DNA of 64,000 nucleotides, taken from assembly GCF_009914755.1 (NCBI RefSeq), contig NC_060933.1. One strand, given 5' to 3'. The stretch is from the human T2T-CHM13v2.0 reference genome, Homo sapiens. The notes beneath the pieces are model-generated. The model saw only the letters and a list, made by a program, of their open reading frames with translations, searched no databases and had not been told where the DNA came from. Shown piece after piece: positions 14,201 through 29,300 of the stretch. The position numbers and the translations under genes are program-made. Position 1 is the stretch's first letter. Each line of letters opens with the position of its first letter.

Positions 14201-17200
14201 AATTAACCCGAATAGAATGGAATGGAATTAAATGGAACGGAACGGAATGAAATGGAATGGAAGGGAATGGAATGGAATGGAATGGAATCAACCCGACTGC
14301 AGGGGAATGGAATGGAATGGAATGCAATGGAATGGATTCAACTTGAATGGAATGGAAAGAATGGAATCAACACGAGTAGAATGGCATGGATTGGAATGCA
14401 ATGGAATGGTATCAACCCGAGTACAGGGGAATGGAATGGAATGGAATGCAATGGAATGGATTCAACTTGAATGGAAAGGAAATAATGGAATCAACACGAG
14501 TGGAATGGCATGGATTGGAATGGAATGGAATGGAATCAACCCGAGTACAGGGGAATGGAATGGAATGGAATGCAATGGAATGGAATCATCCGTAATGGAA
14601 AGGAAAGGAATGGAATGGAATGGAATGGAATGGAATGGAATGGAATGGAATGGAAGTAAAAGGAATAGAATGGAATGAACCCGAGTACAGGGGAATGGAA
14701 TGGAATGGAATGCAATGGAATGGAATCATCCGTAATGGAATGGAAAGGAATGGAATGGAATGGAAGGGAATGGAATGGAATGGAATCAACTCGATTGCAA
14801 TGGAATGGAATGGAATGGAATTAACCTGAATAGAATGGAATGGAATGGAATGGAACGGAACGGAACGGAATGGAATGGAATGGAATGGAATGGAATGGAA
14901 CGGAAAGGAATGGAATGGAATGGAACGGAAAGGAATGGAATGGAATGGAATGGAATGGAAAGGAACGGAACGGAATGGAATGGAATGGAATGGAATCAAC
15001 GCGAGTGCAGGGGAATGAAATGTAATGGAATGCAATGGAATGGAATCTTCCGGAATGGAATGGAATGGAACGGAATCAACCCGAGTGCAATGGAATGGAG
15101 TGGAATGGAATGGAATGGAATGGAACAACCCTAATGGAATGGAATGTAATGGAGAGTAAGGGAGTTGAATAGAATCATTCCGAATGTAATGGAATGGAAT
15201 GGAACGGAATGGAATTGAATGGAATGGAATGGAATGCAATGGAATGGAATCAACCCGAGTGCAATGGAATGGAGAGGAATGGAATGGAATGGAATGGAAA
15301 CTACCCGAATGGAATGGAATGTAATGGAGTGTAAGGGAATTGAATAGAATCAATCTGAATGTAATGGAATGGAATGGAACGGAATGGAATGGAATGGAAT
15401 GGAATGGAATGCAATGGAATGGAATGGAATCAACAAGAGTGCAATCTAATGGAATCGAATGGAATGCAATGCAATGGAATGGATTCAACTTGAATGGAAT
15501 GGAAAGAATGGAATCAACACGAGTGGAATGGCATGGATTGGAATGGAATGGAATGGAATCAACCCGAGTACAGGGGAATGGAATGGAATGGAATGCAATG
15601 GAATGGAATCATCCGTAATGGAATGGAAAGGAATGGAATGGAATGGAAAGAATGGAATGGAATGGAATGGAATGGAATGGAATGGAATCAACTCGATTGC
15701 AATCGAATGGAATGGAATGGAATTACCCAAATAGAATGGAAAGGAATGGAATGGAACGGAACGGAATGGAATGGAATGGAATGGAATGGAATGGAATGGA
15801 ATGGAATGGAATCAACGCGAGTGTAGGGGAATGGAATGGAATGGAATGCAATGGAATGGAATCTTCCGGAATGGAATGGAATGGAATAGAATGAAATGCA
15901 ATGGACTCAACTCGATTGCAATGGAATCGAATAGAATGGAATGGAATGGAATGGAATGGAATTAACCCGAATAGAATGGAATGGAATGGAATGGAAAGGA
16001 ATGGAACGGAATGGAATGGAATGGAATGGAATGGAATGGAATGGTATGGAATGGAATGGAATGGTACGGAATAGAATGGAATGGAACGAATTGTAATGGA
16101 ATGGAACTGAATGGAATGGAATGGAATGGAATGGAATCAACGCGAGTGCAGGGGAATGTAATGGAACGGAATGCAATGGAATGGAATCATCCGGAATGGA
16201 ATGGAATGGAATGGAATGGAATGCAATGGAATGGAATCAACACGAGTACAATGGAATGGAATGGAATGGAATGGAATGGAATGGAATGGAATGGATTGGA
16301 ATGCCTTCAAACCGAATGGAATGGAAAGGAATGCAATCAACACGAGTGGAATGGAATGGAATGGAAAGGAATGGAATGGAATGGAATGGTACGGAATAGA
16401 ATGGAATGGAACGAAATGGAATGGAATGGAATGGAATAGAATGGAATCGTTCAGAGTGGAATAGGAGGGAACGTATTCGAGTGGAATGGAAAGGAATGGA
16501 ATCAACCAGAGTGGAATGGAAGGGAATGGAATGGAATGGAAACTAATAGAATGGAATCAACCCGAGTGGAATGGAATGGAAATGACTGGAACGGAATGGA
16601 ATGGAATGGAATGGAATGGAATAGAATGGAATCAACTCGATTGTAATGGATTGGAATGGAATGGAATTGAATGGAATGGAATGGAATTAACCCGAATAAA
16701 ACGGAATGGAATGGAATGGAATGGAATGGAGTGGAATGGAATGGAATCAACCCGAGTGCAGGGGAACGGAATGGAATGGAATGCAATGGAATGGAATCAT
16801 CCGGAATGGAATGGAATGGAATGGAATGCAAAGCAATGGAATCAACTCGATTGCAATGGAATGGAATGGAATGGAAAGGAATACATTGGAATCAACCCGA
16901 GTGGAATGGAATGGAAAGGACTGGAATGGAGTGGAATGGAATGGAATGGAATGGAATGGAATCAACTCGATTGGAATGGAATGGAATGGAATGGAATGGA
17001 ATGGAATTAACCCGAATAGAATGGAATGGAATTAAATGGAAAGGAACGGAATGGAATGGAATGGAATGGAATGGAATGGAATCAACCCGACAGAAGGGGA
17101 ATGGAATGGAATGGAATGCAATGGAATGGAATCAACCCTAGTACAATGGAATGGAATGGAATGGAATGGAATGGAATGGAATGGAATGGAATTGAATGGA

Positions 17201-17574
17201 TTGGAATGCCTTCAAACCGAATGGAATGGAAAGGAATGGAATCAACACGAGTGGAATGGAATGGAATGGAAAGGAATGGAATGGAATGGAATAGTACGGA
17301 ATAGAATGGAATGGAACGAAATGGAATGGAATGGAATGGAATAGAATGGAATCGTTCAGAGTGGAATAGGAGGGAACGTATTCGAGTGGAATTGAAAGGA
17401 ATGGAATCAACCAGAGTGGAATGGAAGGGAATGGAATGGAATGGAAACTAATAGAATGGAATCAACCCGAGTGGAATGGAATGGAACTGACTGGAATGGA
17501 ATGGAATGGAATGGAATGGAATGGAATGAACTCGATTGGAATGGAATGGAATGGAATGGAATGAAATGGAATGG

Positions 17575-20500
17575 AATCATCCGTAATGGAATGGAAAGGA
17601 ATGGAATGGAATGGAATGGAATGGAATGGAATGGAATGGAATGGAATCAACTCGATTGCAATCGAATGGAATGGAATGGAATTAACCCGAATAGAATGGA
17701 ATGGAATGGAATGGAACGGAACGGAACGGAATGGAATGGAATGGAATGGAATGGAATGGAATGGAAAGGAAGGGAATGGAATGGAATGGAATGGAATGGA
17801 ATCAACGCGAGTGCAGGGGAATGGAATGGAATGGAATGCAATGGAATGGAATCTTCCGGAATGGAATGGAATGGAATGGAATGGAATGGAATGGAATGGA
17901 ATAAACCCGAGTGCAATGGAATGGAGTGGAATGGAATGGAATGGAATGGAACAGCCCGAATCGAATGGAATGTAATGTAGAGTAAGGGAGTTGAATAGAA
18001 TCAATCCGAATGTAATGGAATGGAATGGAACGGAATGGAATTGAATGGAATGGAATGGAATGCAATGGAATGGAATCTTCCGGAATGGAATGGAATGGAA
18101 TGGAATGGAATGAAATGCAATGGATTCAACTCGATTGAAATGGAATGGAATAGAATGGAATGGAATGGAATGGAATGGAATGAACACGAAAAGAATGGAA
18201 TGGAATGCAATGGAACGGAATGGAACGGAATGGAATGGAATGTAATGGAATGGAATGGTATGGAATGGAATGGAATGGTACGGAATAGAATGGAATGTAA
18301 AGAATAGTAATGGAATGGATTTGAATGGAATGGAATGGAATCAACGCGAGTGCAGGGGAATGGAATGGAACGGAATGCAATGGAATGGAATCATCCGGAA
18401 TGGAATGGAATGGAATGGAATGGAATGGAATGAAATCAACCCGAGTGCAATGGAATGGAGTGGAATGGAATGGAATGGAATGGAACAACACGAATGGAAT
18501 GGAATGTAATGGAATGTAAGGGAGTTGAATAGAATCAATCCGAATGTAATGGAATGGAATGCAACGGAATGGAATGGAATGGAATGCAATGGAATGCAAT
18601 CAACCAGAGTACAATGGAATGGAATGGAATGGAATGGAATGGAATGGAATGGAATGGAATGGAATGCCTTCAAACCGAATGGAATGGAAAGGAATGGAAT
18701 CAACACGAGTGGAATGGAATGGAATGGAATGGAATGGAATGGAATGGAATGGAATGATACGGAATAGAAAGGAATGGAACGAAATGGAATGGAATGGAAT
18801 GGAATGGAATGGAATGGAATGGAATGGAATGGAATCGTTCCGAGTGGAATAGGAGGGAATGTATTCGAGTGGAATGGAAAGGAATGGAATCAACCAGAGT
18901 GGAATGGAAGGGAATGGAATGGAATGGAAACTAATAGAATGGAATCAACCCGATTGGAATGCAATGGAAAGGACTGGAATGGAATTGAATGGAATGGAAT
19001 CAACTCGATTGTAATGGAATGGAATGGAATGGAATGGAATGGAATGGAATGGAATTAACCCGAATACAATGGAATGGAATGGAAAGGAACGGAATGGAGT
19101 GGAATGGAATGGAATCAACCCGAGTGCAGGGGAATGGAATGGAATGGAATGCAATGGAATGGAATCATCCGGAATGGAATGGAATGGAATGGAATGCAAA
19201 GCAATGGAATCAACTCGATTGCAATGGAATGGAATGGAAAGGAATACATTGGAATCAACCCGAGTGGAATGGAATGGAAAGGACTGGAATGGAGTGGAAT
19301 GGAATGGAATGGAATGGAATGGAATGGAATGAACTCGATTGGAATGGAATGGAATGGAATGGAATGAAATGGAATGGAATTAACCCGAATAGAATGGAAT
19401 AGAATGGCATGGAACGGAACGGAACGGAATGGAATGGAATGGAATGGAATGGAATGGAATGGAATGGAATCAACCCGACTGCAGGGGAATGGAATGGAAT
19501 GGAATGCAATGGAATGGATTCAACTTGAATGGAATGGAAAGAATGGAATCAACACGAGTGGAATGGCATGGATTGGAATGGAATGGAATGGAATGAACCC
19601 GAGTACAGGGGAATGGAATGGAATGGAATGCAATGGAATGGAATCATCCGTAATGGAATGGAAAGGAATGGAATGGAATGGAATGGAATGGAATGGAATG
19701 GAATGGAATGGAATCAACTCGATTGCAATCGAATGGAATGGAATGGAATTAACCCGAATAGAATGGAATGGAATGGAATGGAACGGAACGGAACGGAATG
19801 GAATGGAATGGAATGGAATGGAATGGAATGGAATGGAAAGGAAGGGAATGGAATGGAATGGAATGGAATGGAATCAACGCGAGTGCAGGGGAATGGAATG
19901 GAATGGAATGCAATGGAATGGAATCTTCCGGAATGGAATGGAATGGAATGGAATGGAATGGAATGGAATGGAATAAACCCGAGTGCAATGGAATGGAGTG
20001 GAATGGAATGGAATGGAATGGAACAGCCCGAATCGAATGGAATGTAATGCAGAGTAAGGGAGTTGAATAGAATCAATCCGAATGTAATGGAATGGAATGG
20101 AACGGAATGGAATTGAATGGAATGGAATGGAATGCAATGGAATGGAATCTTCCGGAATGGAATGGAATGGAATGGAATGGAATGAAATGCAATGGATTCA
20201 ACTCGATTGAAATGGAATGGAATAGAATGGAATGGAATGGAATGGAATGGAATGAACACGAAAAGAATGGAATGGAATGCAATGGAACGGAATGGAACGG
20301 AATGGAATGGAATGTAATGGAATGGAATGGTATGGAATGGAATGGAATGGTACGGAATAGAATGGAATGTAAAGAATAGTAATGGAATGGATTTGAATGG
20401 AATGGAATGGAATCAACGCGAGTGCAGGGGAATGGAATGGAACGGAATGCAATGGAATGGAATCATCCGGAATGGAATGGAATGGAATGGAATGGAATGG

Positions 20501-23340
20501 AATGAAATCAACCCGAGTGCAATGGAATGGAGTGGAATGGAATGGAATGGAATGGAACAACACGAATGGAATGGAATGTAATGCAATGTAAGGCAGTTGA
20601 ATAGATTCAATCCGAATGTAATGGAATGGAATGCAACGGAATGGAATGGAATGGAATGCAATGGAATGCAATCAACCAGAGTACAATGGAATGGAATGGA
20701 ATGGAATGGAATGGAATGCAATGGAATGGAATCAACCCGAGTGCAATGGAATGGAGAGGAATGGAATGGAATGGAGTGGAAACTACCCGAATGGAATGGA
20801 ATGCAATGGAATGGAATCAACCCGAGTGCAATGGAATGGAGAGAAATGGAATGGAATGGAGTGGAAACTACCCGAATGAAATGGAATGTAATGGAGTGTA
20901 AGGGAATTGAATAGAATCAATCCGAATGTAATGGAAAGGAATGGAACGGAATGGATTGGAATGGAATGGAATGGAATGGAATGGAATGGAATGGAATGCA
21001 ATGGAATGGAATCAACCCAAGTGCAATCGAATGGAATCGAATGGAATGGAATGCAATGGAATGGAATCAACTCGATTGCAATCGAATGGAATGGAATGGA
21101 ATTAACCCGAATAGAATGGAATGGAATGGAATGGAAAGGAACGGAATGGAATAGAATGGAATGGAATGGAATGGAACGGAACGGAACGGAATGGAATGGA
21201 ATGGAATGGAATCAACACGAGTGCAGGGGAATGGAATGGAATGGAATGCAATGGAATGGAATCTTCCGGAATGGAATGGAATGGAATGGAATGGAATGAA
21301 ATGCAATGGATTCAACTCGATTGAAATGGAATGGAATAGAATGGAATGGAATGGAATGGAATGGAATGAACACGAATAGAATGGAATGGAATGCCATGGA
21401 ACGGAATGGAACGGAATGGAATGGAATGGAATGGAGTGGAATGGTATGGAATGGAATGGAATGGTATGGAATAGAATGGAATGCAACGAATTGTAATGGA
21501 ATGGAATTGAATGGAATGGAATGGAATCAACGCGAGTGCAGGGAATGTAATGGAACGGAATGCAATGGAATGGAATCATCCGGAATGGAATGGAATGGAA
21601 TGGAATGGAATGGAATGAAATCAACCCGAGTGCAATGGAATGGAGTGGAATGGAATGGAATGGAATGGAACAACACGAATGGAATGGAATGTAATGGAAT
21701 GTAAGGGAGTTGAATAGAATCAATCCGAATGTAATGGAATGGAATGCAACGGAATGGAATGGAATGGAATGCAATGGAATGCAATCAACCAGAGTACAAT
21801 GGAATGGAATGGAATGGAATGGAATGGAATGGAATGGAATGGAATGGAATGCCTTCAAACCGAATGGAATGGAAAGGAATGGAATCAACACGAGTGGAAT
21901 GGAATGGAATGGAATGGAATGGAATGGAATGGAATGGAATGATACGGAATAGAATGGAATGGAACGAAATGGAATGGAATGGAATGGAATGGAATGGAAT
22001 GGAATGGAATGGAATGGAATCGTTCCGAGTGGAATAGGAGGGAATGTATTCGAGTGGAATGGAAAGGAATGGAATCAATCAGAGTGGAATGGAATGGAAT
22101 GGAATGGAATGGAAACTAATAGAATGGAATCAACCCGATTGGAATGGAATGGAAAGGACTGGAATGGAATGGAATGGAATGGAATCAACTCGATTGTAAT
22201 GGAATGGAATGGAATGGAATGGAATGGAATGGAATGGAATGGAATTAACCCGAATACAACGGAATGGAATGGAAAGGAACGGAATGGAGTGGAATGGAAT
22301 GGAATCAACCCGAGTGCAGGGGAATGGAATGGAATGGAATGCAATGGAATGGAATCATCCGGAATGGAATGGAATGGAATGGAATGCAAAGCAATGGAAT
22401 CAACTCGATTGCAATGGAATGGAATGGAATGGAAAGGAATACATTGGAATCAACCCGAATGGAATGGAATGGAAAGGACTGGAATGGAGTGGAATGGAAT
22501 AGAATGGAATGCAATGGAATGGAATGAACTCGATTGGAATGGAATGGAATGGAATGGAATGGAATGGAATTAACCCGAATAGAATGGAATGGAATGGCAT
22601 GGAACGGAACGGAACGGAATGGAATGGAATGGAATGGAATGGAATGGAATGGAATGGAATTAACCCGACTGCAGGGGAATGGAATGGAATGGAATGCAAT
22701 GGAATGGATTCAACTTGAATGGAATGGAAAGAATGGAATCAACACGAGTGGAATGGCATGGATTGGAATGGAATGGAATGGAATGAACCCGAGTACAGGG
22801 GAATGGAATGGAATGGAATGCAATGGAATGGAATCATCCGTAATGGAATGGAAAGGAATGGAATGGAATGGAATGGAATGGAATGGAATGGAATGGAATG
22901 GAATCAACTCGATTGCAATCGAATGGAATGGAATGGAATTAACCCGAATAGAATGGAATGGAATGGAATGGAACGGAACGGAATGGAATGGAATGGAATG
23001 GAATGGAATGGAATGGAATGGAATGGAACGGAAAGGAATGGAATGGAATGGAATGGAATGGAATGGAATGGAATGGAATCAACGCGAGTGCAGGGGAATG
23101 GAATGGAATGTAATGCAATGGAAAGGAATCTTCCGGAATGGAATGGAATGGAATGGAATGGAATGGAATGGAATGGAATGGAATAAACCCGAGTGCAATG
23201 GAATGGAGTGGAATGGAATGGAATGGAATGGAACAGCCCGAATCGAATGGAATGTAATGTAGAGTAAGGGAGTTGAATAGAATCAATTCGAATGTAATGG
23301 AATGGAATGGAACGGAATGGAATTGAATGGAATGGAATGG
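17575..23340 (+). repeat. Recent tandem expansion of a ~2072-bp unit (third copy offset ~3.19 kb)
   Basis: ACAGCCCGAATCG at 17951, 20023 and 23233. Identical ORF translations 18020..18307 = 20092..20379 and 18525..18767 = 21710..21952. Confidence 0.85.
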
Positions 23341-26300
23341 AATGCAATGGAATGGAATCAACCCGAGTGCAATGGAATGGAGAGGAATGGAATGGAATGG
23401 AATGGAAACTACCCGAATGGAATAGAATGTAATGGAGTGTAAGGGAATTGAATAGAATCAATCCGAATGTAATGGAATGGAATGGAACGGAATGGAATGG
23501 AATGGAATGGAATGGAATGGAATGGAATGGAATGCAATGGAATGGAATCAACCCGAGTGCAATCGAATGGAATCGAATGGAATGGAATGCAATGGAATGG
23601 ATTCAACTTGAATGGAATGGAAAGAATGGAATCAACACGAGTAGAACGGCATGGATTGGAATGCAATGGAATTGATTCAACCCGAGTACAGGGGAATGGA
23701 AGGGAATGGAATGCAATGGAATGGAATCATCCGTAATGGAATGGAAAGGAATGGAATGGAATGGAATGGAATGGAATGGAATGGAATCAACACGATTGCA
23801 ATCGAATGGAATGGAATGGAATTAACCCGAATAGAATGGAATGGAATGGAATGGAACGGAACGGAATGGAATGGAATGGAATGGAATGGAATGGAACGGA
23901 ACCGAACGGAACGGAATGGAATGGAATGGAATGGAATGGAATGGAATGGAATGGAATCAACGCGAGTGCAGGGGAATGGAATGGAATGGAATGCAATGGA
24001 ATGGAATCTTCCGGAATGGAATGGAATGGAATGGAATGGAATGGAATGAAATGCAATGGATTCAACTCGATTGCAATGGAATGGAATAGAATGGAATGGA
24101 ATGGAATGGAATGGAATTAACCCGAATAGAATGGAATGGAATGGAACGGAATGGAACGGAATGGAACGGAATGGAATGGAATGGAATGGAATGGAATGGA
24201 ATGGTATGGAATGGAATAGAATGGTACGGAATAGAATGGAATGGAACGAATTGTAATGGAATGGAAGTGAATGGAATGGAATGGAATGGAATGGAATCAA
24301 CGCGAGTGCAGGGGAATGTAATGGAACGGAGTGCAATGGAATGGAATCATCCGGAATGGAATGGAATGGAATGGAATGGAATGGAATGGAATGGAATGCA
24401 AAGGAATGGAATCAACCCGAGTGGAATGGCATGGAATGGAATGCAATGGAATGGAATGGAATGGAATCAACTCGAGTGGAAAGGAATGGAATGGAATGGA
24501 AAGGAATGGAATGAAGTCAACTCGAGTGGAATGGAATGGAATGGAATGGATTGGAATGGATTGCAATGGAATGAAATGGAATGGAATGGAATCAATCATT
24601 CCGAGTGGAATGGAAGGGAATGTAATGGAGTGGAAAGAAGGGAATGGAATCAACCCGAGTGGAATGCAAGGCAATGGAATGGAATGGAAAGGAATGGAAT
24701 GGAATCAACTCGATTGCAATGGAATGGAATGGAATGGAATGGAATGGAATGGAATGGAATGGAATGGAATTAACCGGAATAGAATGGAATGGAATGGAAT
24801 GGAACGGAATTGAATGGAATGGAAGGGAATGGAATCAACACGAGTGCAGGGGAATGGAATGGAATGGAATGCAATGGAATGGAATCATCCGGAATGGAAT
24901 GGAGTGGAATGGAATCAACTCCATTGCAATGGAATGGAATGGAATGGAATGGAATAGAATGGAATGGAATTAACCCGAATAGAATGGAATGCAATAGAAT
25001 GGAATGCAACGGAACCGAATGGAGTGGAATGGAATGGAATGGAATCAACCCGAGTACAGGGGAATGGAATGGAATGGAATGCAATGGAATGGAGTCATCC
25101 GTAATGGGATGGAAAGGAATGGAATGGAATGGAATGGAATGGAATGGAATCAACTCGATGGCAATCGAATGGAATGGAATGGAATTAACCCGAATAGAAT
25201 GGAATGGAATGGAATGGAACGGAACGGAATGGAATGGAACGGAATGGAATGGAATGGAACGGAACGGAATGGAATGGAATGGAATGGAATGGAATCAACG
25301 CGAGTGCAGGGGAATGGAATGGAATGGAATGCAATCGAATGGAATCTTCCGGAATGGAATGCAATGGAACGCAATGGAATGAAAGGCAATGGATTCAACT
25401 CGATTGCAATGGAATGGAATAGAATGGAATGGAATGGAATGGAATGGAATGGAATTGAATGGAATGGAATACTTTAATACCGAATGGTATGGAAAGGAAT
25501 GGAATCAACACGAGTGGAAAGGAATGGAATGGAAAGGAATGGAATGGAATGGAATGGTACGGAATAGAATGGAATGGAACGAACTGGAATGGAATGGAAT
25601 GGAATGGAATGGAATGGAATGGAATGGAATGGAATCGTTCCGAGTGGAATAGGATGGAATGTATTCGAGTGGAATGGAAAGGAATGGAATCAACCAGAGT
25701 GGAATGGAAGGGAATGGAATGGAATGGAATCTAATAGAATGGAATCAACCCGAGTGGAATGGAATGGAAAGGACTGGAATGGAATGGAATGGAATGGAAT
25801 GGAATGGAATCAACTCGATTGTAATGGAATGGAATGGAATGGAATGGAATGGAATGGAATGGAATGGAATGGAATTAACCCGAATACAATGGAATGGAAT
25901 GGAATGGAACGGAATGGAGTGGAATGGAATGGAATCAACCCGAGTGCAGGGGAATGGAATGGAATGGAATGCAATGGAATGGAATCATCCGGAATGGAAT
26001 GGAATGGAATGGAATGCAAAGCAATGGAATCAACTCGATTGCAATGGAATGGAATGGAATGGAAAGGAATAGAATGGAATCAACCCGAGTGTAATGGAAT
26101 GGAAAGGACTGGAATGGAGTGGAATGGAATGGAATGGAAAGGAAAGGAATCAACTCGATTGTAATGGAATGGAATGGAATGGAATGGAATTAACCCGAAT
26201 AGAATGGAAAGGAATGGAATGGAACGGAATGGAATGGAATGGAATGGAATGGAATGGAATGGAATGGAATCAACCCGACTGCAGGGGAATGGAATGGAAT

Positions 26301-29300
26301 GGAATGGAATGGAATGGAATGGAATGGAATCATCCGGAACGGAATGGAATGGAATGGAATGGAATCAACTCGATTGCAATGGAATGGAATGGAATGGAAT
26401 GGAATCGAATGGAATGGAGTGGAATTAACAGGAATAGAATGGAATGGAATGGAATTGAACGGAATGAAATGGAAGGGAATGGAATGGAATGGAATGGAAT
26501 CAACCCGAGTGCAGGGGAATGGAATGGAATGGAATTCAATGGAATGGAATCATCCGGAATGGAATGGAATGGAATGGAATGCAATCAACCTGATGCAATG
26601 GAATGGAATGGAATGGAATGGAATGGAATGGAAACATCCCGAATGGAATGGAATGTAATGGAGTGTAAGGGAATTGAATAGAATCAATCCGAATGTAATA
26701 GAATGGAATGGAATGAAATGGAATGGAATGGAATGGAATGGAATGGAATCAACCCGAGTGCAATGGAATGGATTCGAATGGAATGGAATGGAATGGATTC
26801 AACAAGAATGGAATGGAAAGGAATGGAATCAAACCGAGTGTAATGGCATGGAATGGAACGGAATGGAATGGGATGGAATGGAATGGAATGCAATGGAATG
26901 GAATCAACCCGAGTGCAATGGAATGGAGAGGAATGGAATGGAATGGAATGGAAACTACCCGAATGGAATGGAATGTAATGGAGTGTAAGGGAATTGAATA
27001 GAATCAATCCGAATGTAATGGAATGGAATATAACGGAATGGAATGGAATGGAGTGGAATGGAATGGAATGGAATGGAATGCAATGGAATGGAATCAACCC
27101 GAGTGCAATCGAATGGAATCGAATGGAATGGAATGCAATGGAATGGATTCAACTTGAATGGAATGGAAAGAATGGAATCAACACGAGTGGAATGGCATGG
27201 ATTGGAATGGAATGGAATGGAATTAACCCGAGTACAGGGGAATGGAATGGAATGGAATGCAATGGAATGGAATCATCCGTAATGGAATGGAATGGAATGG
27301 AATGGAATGAAATGCAATGGATTCAACTCGATTGCAATGGAATGGAATAGAATGGAATGAAATGGAATGGAATGCAATTAATCCGAATAGAATGGAATGG
27401 AATGGAATGGAACGGAATGGAAAGGAATGGAATGGAATGGAATGCTATGCAATGGAATGGAATGGTACGGAATAGAATGGAATGGAACGAATTGTAATGG
27501 AATGGAATTGAATGGAATGGAATGGAATGGAATGGAATCAACGCGAGTGCAGGGGATTGTAATGGAACGGAATGCAATGGAATGGAATCATCCGGAATGG
27601 AATGGAATGGAATGGAATGGAATGGAATGGAATCAACCCGAGTGCAATGGAATGGAGTGGAATGGAATGGAATGGAATGGAACAACCCGAATGGAATGGA
27701 ATGTAATGGAGAGTAAGGGAGTTGAATAGAATCAATCCGAATGTAATGGAATGGAATGCAACGGAATGGAATGGAATGGAATGGAATGGAATGCAATGGA
27801 ATGGAATCAACCCGAGTACAATGGAATGGAATGGAATGGAATGGAATGGAATGGAATGGAATGGAATGATACGGAATAGAATGGAATGGAACGAAATGGA
27901 ATTGAATGGAAAGGAATGGAATGGAATGGAATGGAATCGTTCCGAGTGGAATAGGAGGGAAAGTATTCGAGTGGAATGGAAAGGAATGGAATCAACCAGA
28001 GTGGAATGGAAGGGAATGGAATGGAATGGAAACTAATAGAATGGAATCAACCCGAGTGGAATGGAATGGAAAGGACTGGAATGGAATGGAATGGAATGGA
28101 ATCAACTCGTTTGTAATGGAATGGAATGGAATGGAATGGAATGGAATGGAATGGAATTAACCCGAATACAATGGAAGGGAATGGAATGGAATGGAAACTA
28201 ATAGAATGGAATCAACCCGAGTGGAATGGAATGGAAAGGACTGGAATGGAATGGAATGGAATGGAATCAACTCGATTGTAATGGAATGGAATGGAATGGA
28301 ATGGAATGGAGTGGAATGGAATGGAATCAACCCGAGTGCAGGGGAATGGAATGGAATGGAATGCAATGGAATGGAATCATCCGAAATGGAATCGAATGGA
28401 ATGGAATGCAAAGCAATGGAATCAACTCGATTGCAATGGAATGGAATGGAATGGAAAGGAGTACATTGGAATCAACCCGAGTGGAATGGAATGGAAAGGA
28501 CTGGATTGGAGTGGAATGGAATGGAATGCAATGGAATGGAATGGAATGGAATCAACTTGATTGGAATGGAATGGAATGGAATGGAATGGAATGGAATAGA
28601 ATGGAATCAACCCGACTGCAGGGGAATGGAATGGAATGGAATGCAATGGAATGGATTCAACTTGAATGGAATGGAAAGAATGGAATCAACACGAGTGGAA
28701 TGGCATGGATTGGAATGGAATGGAATGGAATCAACCCGAATACAGGGGAATGGAATGGAATGGAATGCAATGGAATGGAATCATCCGTAATGGAATGGAA
28801 AGGAATGGAATGGAATGGAAAGGAATGCAATGGAATGGAATGGAATGGAATGGAATCAACTCGATTGCAATCGAATGGAATGGAATGGAATTAACCCGAA
28901 TAGAATGGAATGGAATGGAATGGAACGGAACGGAATGGAATGGAATGGAATGGAATGGAATGGAACGGAACGGAACGGAATGGAATGGAATGGAATGGAA
29001 TGGAATCAACGCGAGTGCAGGGGAATGGAATGGAATGGAATGCAATGGAATGGAATCTTCCGGAATGGAATGGAATGGAATGGAATGCAATGGAATGGAA
29101 TGGAATCCAATGGAATGGAATCAACCCGAGTTCAATGAAATGGAGAGGAATGGAATGGAATGGAATGGAAACTACCCGAATGGAATGGAATGTAATGGAG
29201 TGTAAAGGAATTGAATAGAATCAATCCGAATGTAATGGAATGGAATGGAACGGAATGGAATGGAATGGAATGGAATGGAATGGAATGGAATGCAATGGAA

